A DNA stretch of 64,000 bases, from the NCBI RefSeq assembly GCF_964355755.1, contig NC_092678.1:1690422-1754421 (forward strand), in the 5' to 3' direction. This DNA comes from Antedon mediterranea (Eukaryota; Animalia; Echinodermata). Both the position numbers and the translations under genes were made by a program. Below, piece by piece: positions 18,478 to 28,715 of the stretch; position 1 is the first letter of the stretch, and every line of letters begins with the position of its first letter. Below the pieces are notes generated by a model, which was not told the DNA's origin, did not search any database, and worked only from the letters and a program-made list of their open reading frames with translations.

Positions 18478-20552
18478 TTAACAATTCCAGTTGTCATCAT
18501 TTTCTGGCAATTTAAATATGACAAGTTTTTCATCTGCTATTTTCAGCATCAAGTAATATACATTATCATTTTCAAAGAATTCATCCACTGCAAAATTGGG
18601 TCCACATACAACGTGCCATTCTCCTCCTGGAAGAGACTGTTGCAATCTTTTCGACACTTCAGTGCATAGCTTATCACGAAATTTACACGTTATGATTACG
18701 CGATTGACAATTCGGCAAACTCTTGCGTCAATAACATCATCTCCGTCACTCTCTACAACCTTAGCTTCATAACTAGACAGATTTATATTAGAATCAATCG
18801 ACTGTTTGTAAACGAAAATCTTCTCGCAGTCATTTACGATAACTGCTTGACCGTAAGTAAATTCAGATAGACAGAGGCCATAGTTCCCACCCATGACACA
18901 AACCCAGAATCCTCCGTAAGTCTCGCACATCCTCTTGTTTATGTAGCGAATACGTGTATCCATGATTTCCATATAGTCAAAAGGTATTGTGTATGTTTTT
19001 TCTCTGGTATTCTTATAGGCTTCACGGACAACCTGAACCAGGAAATTCAGTTGGTCTGAAGGCATTGGTGTCATCTTGGATGGAAGAAAATCTACTTTTA
19101 AGTCTGAAATTAATAATGGAAAACCATTTCTTAAATTAACATGACAGAATGAGCAACTCAAATGACCGAGTGGTTAAGGCAGGGGCACCGTTTACCTACC
19201 TAAAGTGCCAACAATTTCGTCATGGGTTCGAGGGTTAGGTTTCGACTCATGCCTCCTAGCTCTGGTGGCGGAACAAGTCTTCTCTGGTAAGGACTATAAA
19301 CCATAGGTCCACTGTACACAGTTTGTCTGTGTGTACTTGGAACCCAGATCATCATTCGAGACGAGTAGGGGTTACCCCGATGAACTGTTTCACAAAATAG
19401 CCTCTGTATCAGAGTGATTACCTGATTATCTGATAGGAAAGTGATTATTTACTATTGGAAATCTTGGGCACATGTGCCTAACTACATAAAATAAAATTTA
19501 ACAAAATGAATATGATAAAATAAATATCAAACAATTCTATAGTGGTAATAAAAACACTTTATTTAGCTATATTTCATTACAATATAATTGGAGGCAGACA
19601 AGTACATACCAATTCTGTGGTCTGCAACTACCCCCAAAGTTGCCAAGACATCTTCTTGTCTTGCTAGGCAAACCATATTTGGTTGAAATTGAATTTTGCT
19701 GGGTTTCTGTAGTTTTGGAACGTTCACTGCTGATATTTCATTAATTGTCTGCAGAACATCTGCACGACTGTACGCTAAGTCAAACTCCTGGCCATTTACT
19801 TGCAAGTTACTGAAAAATGCTGCTAATTTTGACAAAGTCTTCTGACTAGAATCAATTGCTGAATGTGTTTCAGAAAGATGTTTTTTAGTCGACAGTTCTT
19901 GAATCTGAGATGAAATGTTGTCGCGCTTGGTCTTCAGAGCTTTTAATGAAGCATCGTAAATCTTCTCCAATTCACTCTCTGCCTCAGCTACTGATGCGTT
20001 TACCTCACCTTCTCGTAACATCAATTTGCTTTCTGCTACACTAAGCTGTGTCTGCATTTCATCAATCTTTGCGATGCCTTGCTCAATATCTTGTCTAGCA
20101 CGCGAAGCTGCTTCAGAAAGATTCACGCACCAGTGGTTCGGTTTGGGATGATCAAGAACTATACAGTCCCTGCACACCGGCTTACAACATTTCTTGCAGT
20201 AAAAATTCATACGCTCACCATGTAAATGGCATCGTGTATTAGTATATTTCTCTTTACAACTTCCAGACTCACTTTTGCCACTAACTGTAAGTTTTTCCAT
20301 CTTGCTTTTAAAGGCGTCAATCATGCTTGACACGAAAAACATAGATTTGAGGCTTGATGTGGAACCTTTCGACAGGACGGTCACCTCCCTACACGTGGGA
20401 CACTCAATAAGTTTGTTGAGTTTCCATTTTGAAAGACAATGCTCACAAAAGAAGTGAAGACATTCCAGTTGTTTTGGTTTCACACATTCCTCCATACATA
20501 TCTGACAATTTAAGAAATCAGACTTTAACTCTTCCAAAGAATTAGTAGCCAT
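18478..20552 (-). CDS. TRIM E3 ligase copy 1: RING, B-box2, coiled coil, tandem dynein light chain LC8-like domains (about 522 aa)
   Basis: Exon 1 20552-19610 (C3HC4 RING CQIC...CLHFFCEHC...CPTC; B-box2 CHLH...CKKC...CRDC...H...H; coiled coil) ends ATT G|GTATGT. Exon 2 19103-18478 starts tttcag|AC TTA AAA, restoring the frame (...HRI-D-LKVDFLPSKM...). Exon 2 has two LC8-like units (TYGGFWVCVMGGNYG...IFVYK; SLPGGEWHVVCGPNFA...LVIFK). Confidence 0.88.
19152..19390 (+). mobile_element. tRNA-derived SINE (Deu/Nin-like core) in the intron of TRIM copy 1
   Basis: A-box-like TGACCGAGTGG, B-box-like GGTTCGAGG, and core GTAAGGACTATAAACCATAGGTCC...GAGTAGGGGTTACCCCG shared with the copies at about 2871-2965 and 45755-45967. 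Confidence 0.8.
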
Positions 20553-22909
20553 CTTTTACTACTGGTAACAGAATTCTATCAAGGTAGTCTCTGAGCAGGA
20601 GCCATTTTCTTTTCTTTTTTTATATGGCCTTCTGACCTGACACGTTGCAAGTCCCCCTGTTTGTGTTGTCTGGAACACCACAGTAGGCCTATAGCGTGGG
20701 AAACTGCATATGTTATTGTTCTATCCAATAGCCTATGCTTCGACCAGCGGTTGTGTTATCAAACAATAATCTCTTTGAAACCAAATATTGGAAATATTGA
20801 CAACATAAATCGTATGCGCAAACTGGTCACACAATATTGACATGGATGTGTCAAGGATTAGGCTAATTGAAGACAAATATTTTTCTTTATAACAACTGTG
20901 TTTTTCATCGGACCACAGGATCATTTTCTTTCGACCGTAAATTACAAATAATACAGTATTTGAGATTATTACTAAATTGTAATTTTTACATTTAGATTAT
21001 TAAATTACTCCTCAAAACTTTAAAGCTAATTATGTGCCGCTTTGTCATGAATATCCCTGAATTGATATAGCAGATGTTTATACTGAGGCATTGGTGGTTG
21101 GCTAATGCTTATGGCATCTATACGTCACAGCCAATCGCCAGGCCTCAACCCCTTGTTTATTTTTCACCTGTCCTAAAACTATGTCTATGTCATTGTCAAA
21201 CTCTTGATAAATAATAAATAAAAATATTTGCCTTCACTAACATAATTCAGATCTTGGAGTATAGGCCTACTGATAAGATAGGAAACATATTGAATCTTAT
21301 GCCATAATACTTTTGATGAAAACTTAATAGACATGGTATAATTTTATTGTAATTTGGTGATATTGGAGTATTCTTGGTATTTAGCTCAAAGTGCAGTTTT
21401 GAAAAATTAGAAGCCTACACATGGTTGTGTACATAATTAAAAGCATACATCTGGTTTCAGTTCCTACCGTTTAATACTATGTAGATATTATGAAAATATG
21501 GTCACCTGAGGTCACGCTAGCCCCATCAATGCTTGCTGAGGTAAGACCTGAATTGCTTGACATGGTCCAAAAACGAACATATCGATGTTTTTAAGTCAAA
21601 TTTTATCCACAATTTGTTTTGGTCTTTCACGCTTAGATTTTTGTTCTGCAGTATGGTATCTTGCAGTAATCAGACTTTAACACGCCACTTGTTGGGGTTA
21701 ATCTGTGCATACCCCTTTTTACAGGATTTGATTTTATATAAAATCTCTAATAGTCCGTTTGGACTGCGCCATGATAGACTTGACGTTATTAAAGATATAC
21801 ACGTGTATTTTTAAAATTAACTGTATTTATTACCAGAAGTAGAAATCATGAACAAAAAACTGTTGTTTACATGGATAGGCAGATCAAATCATAAGAAGCT
21901 GGTCCCGATTAAAGAAATTTGAAATGATAATACATTGCAATACATCACCATATACTGTAGATATCTATCGGAATTCTTTACTGTTTAACTCTAATATATT
22001 ATTTGATTATTTATGATTAGAGATAGTTAAAGATGTTAATACGGGTAGCAAGACAAATTTTCACATTCATAATTTAAATATAACCAACTCTTCATATGCT
22101 ATTTCCAGCGTCATGTAATATGCTGTCGTATAACAATTAAGAACTTATGAATAGTTTATAAATTCAAATAAACAAAATGTAAGACTAATTTATATATTTC
22201 TCAATATATTTTTGTTTTTATTTGTTACATATGTACATGTACAAGAAAAACACACTAAATACTGTCGATGCTTGTTTGTGCTCCACGAATTGTCTTCTAA
22301 ATAATATTATAACTATACTGCCAAATGAACTGGATGTTTTGTGGCGCCAATCAGTTTTATTTGGTCTACCATTCCTAATTAAATGTATTCTGGCAGTCAG
22401 GTGGTATGTGTAGTAGTTAAGGAGAAAAAGAAGTCACAGATTTTGATCCACATAAAGGACATTTTACAATTGAAGATTCTTTAGATGGAATAGGCCCTAT
22501 TGTTTCTAATCTGTACAGTTATTACTGCATTTGATTATAATATATTAATATGTTTGTTACAGGAGATTTTTTCCCCAGAAATTGCAGATACTGTAAAGGT
22601 AAACTACATTTTCCCCAAAAGTAGAATTACTGTATCAACAATAACTATTACAACTACTACCTTCTGGTTTAAAAATAATATTAAATTTTTTGTAATACTG
22701 TACTTCAATGAAAAGGGTATGCTAATTTGTATTTTATATACAATATGTATGATAATTTGAAAGGTTGAAATGTGCATGGCAGAAAACTTGAAAAATTGAA
22801 CGTCATTGCAAAATAATCAACAGCACGCAATTAACTAATCAAATAGCAAAAATACCAGGGTGTGTTATAATGATGTTATGAATGATGTTATAATACAGTA
22901 TATTAGCAA

Positions 22910-24595
22910 TTAAACCTCTGGCAATCTAAATATGACTAGTTTTTCATCTGCTATTTGCAGCTTCAAGTAATAAATTGTATCATTTTCAGTTAATTCATCC
23001 ACTGCAAAATTGGTTCCACATATGACATGCCATTCTCCTCCTGGAAGAGACTGTTCCAACCTCTTCACCAGTTCAGTACATATCTCATTACGAGATTTAC
23101 AAGTTGTGATTACACGATTGACGATTCTGTAAATTCTTGCATCGATAGCTTCATTTCCATCACTGTCTACAACATTAGCTTCATAACTTGACAGATTTAT
23201 CATAGGATCGTCAGTCGGATATTTGAAGACAAAAATCTTTTCACAGTTGTTTACGATAACTTGACCAAAAAAAAAATCAGAAATCCACAAGCCAAAGTTG
23301 CCGCCCATAATACAGACCCAGAATTGTCCGTATGTTGCGCCCAATCTATTGCTTATGTGACGTTTGCGCGCATCCGTGATATCCAAGTAGTCTTTAGGTG
23401 TTCTATATGGGTTTTCTTTGATATTCATGTAGGCTTCACGGACAACTTGAACCAGGAATTGATGTTGGCCTGAAGACATCTTGGATGGAAGTAAGTCAAT
23501 TTTCAAATCTGAAAAAGAAAACCATTTCTCAAAGTTAATTAACATGACACATGATATCTGGTTGTATTTTTTATATATTTGTCATACTGCTATTGAGAGA
23601 CATTTGGTTCCACCCCAATTTATTTAGCTTCATGCCATTATAGTTCCATACCAATTTCCTGGTATGCAACTACCCCCAAAGTTGCCAAGTCTGCTTCTTG
23701 TCGTGCAACGCAAAACATATTTGGATGAAATCTAATTTTGCTAGATTGTTGCTGTACCATCGGAACATTCACTGCTGATATTTCATTAGACTTCTTCAGA
23801 ACATCTGAGTGACTGTGCGCTATGTCAAACTCTTCGCCGTTTATCTGCAAGTTACTGAAAAATTCCGCTAATTTTGACAAAGTTTTCCGACTAGAATCAA
23901 TTGATGAATGTGTTTCAGAGAAATGTCGTTTATCATTGGCCGACAATGCTCGAATCTGAGATGAAATGTTGTCACGCTTGGTCTTCAGAGCTTTTAACGA
24001 AGCATCGTAAATCTTCTCCAATTCACTCTCTGCTTCGGCAACTGACGCTTTTACATCGGCTTCTTCAGACATCAGTTTGCTCTCCGCTACACTCAGCTGC
24101 GTCTGCATTTCATCAATATTTGCGATGCTTTGCTCAATATCTACTCTAGCACGTGAAGCAGCTTCAGAAAGATTCACGCACCAGTGGTTTGGTTTGGGAT
24201 GATCAAGTACTATGCAGTCCCTACACACTGGCTTGCAACATTTCTTGCAGTAAAAATTCATACGCTCACCATGTAAATGGCATCGTGTGTTTGTGAATTT
24301 TACTTCCGAACTTCCTCCAGCCCCACTTTCGTTCATCTTGCTCTTAATGGCGTCGATCATGCTTGACATGAAAAAACATAGATTTGAGGTTTGACGTGGA
24401 ACCGTTCGGCAGGACGGTCACCTCCCTACACGACGGGCACTCGATGCGCTTGTTGCGTTTCCATTTTGAAAGACAATGCTCACAAAAGAAGTGAAGACAT
24501 TCCAGTTGTTTTGGTTTCACACATTCTTCCATACATATCTGACAATTTAAGAAATCAGACTTTAACTCTTCCAAAGAATTAGTCTTAGTTGCCAT
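22910..24595 (-). pseudogene. TRIM-tandem LC8-like copy 2 with a +1 frameshift after the RING (pseudogene, RING-less variant, or homopolymer sequencing error)
   Basis: Exon 1 24595-23652 (donor G|GTATGG), exon 2 23508-22910 (acceptor ttttcag|AT TTG AAA). Copies 1 and 3 read ATG TTT TTY GTG TCA AGC; copy 2 reads ATG TTT TTT C ATG TCA AGC, one extra T in the run at 24371-24376. The remainder is open and intact. Confidence 0.75.
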
Positions 24596-26607
24596 CGTTT
24601 ACTCATAAGTCCTTTCTGTTTCGTATGGCAGAACATACCCCGTGGGAAACTACTGAACACATCATAAGTAATACTATCCGCTAGCCTATGCTACAACCGC
24701 CTGCTGTTGTATCAAACAATATCTTTTGAAACCATCTGACTGTGTAAATAATAATGCATCTTACCTGAAAAAAAAACAACGAAACTAAACCAGGTATAAA
24801 TCGTATGCGCAATTTGATCGCTCTTTCACATTATGTCGAGAATTAATACTGACAAAGAAAATATTTAGCCTGACAAGTTATTTCATCAAAATCGGACCAT
24901 GAAAAGATCATTTTGTTACGAGCGTAAGTTTTACGTAGACCTATTACTAAAATCAAAATATTACTATAATATATAGTTTTCATATCATGAATTATTATAT
25001 TAAGTTTATAATAATTCAACATTTATTAGTTTCTATCAATGGTATAACAATACAATAAAAAAGAATGATAATTTATAATAAGAAAATACAAAAAATACCA
25101 TTAATAGAGGATCTTGCAAGAAGAGAATACTTGTCACGCAAGACCCATAAACAAAAGAAAAAAATACATTTGTATATAATTATTAAATAAAATAAAAAAA
25201 AGTCATGACAAAAACAGTTTGAAGGTCTAGTTTGAGTACAAAGATAAAGTATGAGGGGTGCACCCACCCACCCTATAAATCTGTACCACAAAACAAAAAT
25301 TATCCTACCATAAGGAAAAATCATCGGGTAAGACTAAGTACTGTCAATTTTGATTAAAACACATTGTTTCAGCGTGCTAATTTAGTCGCCATTGCTGTTT
25401 TTATACCTAAACCCTTAAAACACGCTCTTTCACTATGTATATTATTTAACATAACTAGGCCACGGGCCACATGATAACTTTGAAGTCCTGTCACTTTTTG
25501 AAATGTTAAGACCGTACCGGAAGTACTTTCATCGGGGACTTCCCCCTGACGTTCGCATTGGACGCAAAGAATGTTACCACTAGCAGGGCCGTAGCCAGAA
25601 TCTGTCAAGGGGGGGGGGGGGAGGGGGTTGTGACACTAAGTATTTGGGTCAACCATCAAATTGATCAAATGAAATAATCCAAAATGAAAGGACTTTTGAA
25701 AGCAGATTTTATCTTCAAATTAGTGTTTGTTTATTTTGTTTGCATTGACAGAATGTAATACTTTTTTTAGCACGCCAGAAACCATTTTATTTGACAAGGT
25801 AAGTACTGTATGTAAATGAATTATTTTTTTTTTAATATACATTGAAATTGTTTAATGTTAATAATATTTTTCAATAGTGCGCTCTGATTTTGGATGTGGA
25901 GAGAAGAACTATGGACCCATGCACTTTATAGGTTGGTTTTCAGTCACATTATTTCACTTCGCACAAAAATCTCAATATATTTACAAAAAGCTGCCCATTG
26001 AGTAGGATTGGGTGAAATAACCCACACCATGAGATGCAAATGGAATGTTAAGTGTTATCAAATTTATTTAACTAATTTGTTTTACAAGGATAGAGATATT
26101 ATTGTCACAAATCAAATCCAAGAAAAACATCTTTTGGTTTTTGTTTTATTACAATAAACTTAGCCACGTACAAACCGTGTCTGGGCAGAAGCAACTGGAA
26201 ATTCAAGCATCTCATCCTGGCCCTGATTAAAGTAATTGAACATACAACATACGCTACTATTTACAGCATGTACTGTAGACATCTGTTACTCGTCATATTC
26301 GTTATTCCAATCTAAATATGTTTGTTTATTTATGATTGTTTATCTTGGCGACTACTGTACTCTTAATCTTTAATGATGACTACATTTATTGTTATACAGT
26401 ATACAGTATATAATAAAGCATCAAAATAAGAAAGTTAAAAAAACATTTTGTAAAAAAAAGGTTAGAAGCAATTTTAAAACATAACATGGTCTTTTCTTAT
26501 AAAGAGATCAAGTAAGTAGCTTAACACAAACATTTAAAAATGCAAGTTTTACTATATACATTAATACCTAACCCACTTCCATACCTTTAGATTAAAAAAT
26601 ACGAATC

Positions 26608-28268
26608 TTAACAATAGCAATCATGTTCTTTCATTTGAAATATGACCAGTTTTTCATCCGCTACTTCCAGCTTGACATAATATTCTGTATCACACGCAAA
26701 GAAATCATCCGATGAAAAATTGTGTGCCAATAGAACATGCCATTCTCTTCCCGGAAGCGACTGTTGTAATCTCTTCCGGAGTTCGTTACAAAGCCGCTCG
26801 CGATATTTACATGTCGTGATTGCGCGATTGACGATTCGGCAAACTCTTGCATCGAGAGAATCATGTCCATTACTTTCTAAAATCCTGGCTTCGTAACACG
26901 ACAAATTTATACTTGAACTATTATCCGGTTGTTTGCAGACTAAGATCTTCTCGCAGTCGTTCACAATAACCACTTGACCATAGGTAAACTTGGACAGGCA
27001 CAGACAGTTCCCACCCATTACACAAATCCAAAATTCCCCGTATGTCTCACCTAATCTATTACTAATGTGGCGCATACGTGTATTCATGATTTCCTTATAC
27101 TCTTCAGGTGTTGTTTTCACATGTGGTTGTTTTGGGCTTATATTCTTGTAGGCTTGACGGATAACACGAACTAGAAAATCCTGTTGGTTTTTACACATGT
27201 CAGATGGACGTAACTCTATCTTCAAATCTAAAAACGATAAAAAGAAACAATTAATACTTAAAATGTACAGTGCTATCAATAGATGCAATTAAAAGTAGAT
27301 TTATAGTTAGTATTACAAATATTCATACCAATTTCCTGGTCTGAAACTAAGCCCAATGTAGACAAGGGTGCTTTCTGTCTTACAAGACAAACCATATTTG
27401 GTTGAAATCTAATTTTGCTGGATTGTTGCTGTACCATCGGAACTTTCACTGCTGATATTTCATTGGTCTTCTTCAGAACATCTGCGTGACTGTACGCTAG
27501 GTCAAACTCTTCCCCGTTTACTTGCAAGTTACTGAAAAACTCTGCCAATTTTGATAGGGTCTTCGTACTGGAAAAAATTGCTGACTTTGTTTCAGAGAGA
27601 TGGCGTTTATCATTGGCCGACAATGCTTGAATCATGTTGTCACGTTTGGTCTTCAGAGCTTTTAAAGAAGCATCATAAATCTTTTCCAGTTCACTCTCTG
27701 CTCTGGCAACTGATGCTTTTACGTCGCCTTCTCGTAACATCAGTTTACTCTCTGCTACACTCAGCTGTGTCTGCATTTCATCAATATTTGCGATGCTTTG
27801 CTCAATATCATGTCTAGCATGCGAAGCTGCTTCAGAAAGATTCACGCACCAGTGGTTCGGTTTGGGATGATCAAGTACTATGCAGTCCCTGCACACCAAC
27901 TTGCGACATTTCTTGCAATAAAAATTCATGCGCTCACCATGGTATTGACATCTTGTGTTTGTGAATTTTACCTTATCACTTCCACCACACACACTATGTT
28001 CACTCACTTTTTCCATCTTGCTTTTAATGGCGTCGATCATGCTTGACACAAAAAACATAGATTTGAGGCTTGACGTGGAACCATTCTGCAAGACGGTCAC
28101 CTCCCTACACGTCGGGCACTCGATACGCTTGTTGCGTTTCCATTTTGAAAGACAATGCTCACAAAAGAAGTGAAGACATTCCAGTAGTTTTGGTTTCACA
28201 CATTCCTCCATACATATCTGACAATTTAAGAAATCAGACTTTAACTCTTCCAAAGAATTAGTCGTCAT
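26608..28268 (-). CDS. TRIM E3 ligase copy 3: RING, B-box2, coiled coil, tandem dynein light chain LC8-like domains (about 519 aa)
   Basis: Exon 1 28268-27329 (donor G|GTATGA), 101-bp intron, exon 2 27227-26608 (acceptor gtttttag|AT TTG AAG). Same phase-1 junction as copies 1 and 2; 1560 nt in frame. Confidence 0.88.
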
Positions 28269-28269
28269 T

Positions 28270-28715
28270 GTTTAGTCAAACTTAAAAAAAACACGAGAAA
28301 AAAGCAATTTTTAAAATATTATTAGAGGCCTGACACTTGTTGCCGTTCCTTGTATTTTATAGCGTGTTCTCGACTCCTCCTTGACGCGACCTCTTCATCT
28401 CAAATTACAACCACATGGCAATGGCATCAATAACATTCGTCTTGGAGCTCTAGAGGGAGTAGTACAAACACGTTTTGTGACAGATCCGGAGACCGCCCTC
28501 TATAATTTTAAGTACCGCCTGAAAGTTGATCACCACGTCGCTCCGCTCTACCAGTCGTGTCTGCTCTATTCAAAACATTGAAAAGTGAAGGCTTAGGATA
28601 TACGCGAGTTCAGGTCTAAGTATTTCCTGATTGGAACCTATAATATACACTTGGTTTTTATATCTTGGAAATGATACATTTTTCTGTTTGAGTCGTTTAT
28701 ATTTTATAAGATTTG
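28270..28715. promoter_or_regulatory. Short divergent promoter shared by TRIM copy 3 and the SH3-domain gene
   Basis: ATGs at 28268 (-) and 28716 (+) are separated by 447 bp. Locally CpG-richer, with a minus-strand TATAAAA at 28355-28361 and a CTCF-like CCGCCCTCTATAA near 28493-28505. Confidence 0.55.

Noticed and set aside
18478-19161. The ORFs at 18478-19161, 22910-23545 and 26608-27288 as stand-alone dynein light chain genes
   Set aside because: Their N-terminal 12-20 residues are unrelated intronic sequence. Homology starts exactly at a conserved splice acceptor whose phase matches the upstream TRIM donor.
11165-20552. Functional pairing of the deubiquitinase OTUD5 with the adjacent TRIM ligases
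   Set aside because: OTUD5 regulates innate signalling in mammals, but convergent adjacency alone is not evidence of a shared pathway.
20275-28261. Plus-strand ORFs antisense to the TRIM exons, similar between copies
   Set aside because: Their similarity follows from duplication of the sense-strand genes; they have non-ATG starts and no recognisable domains.
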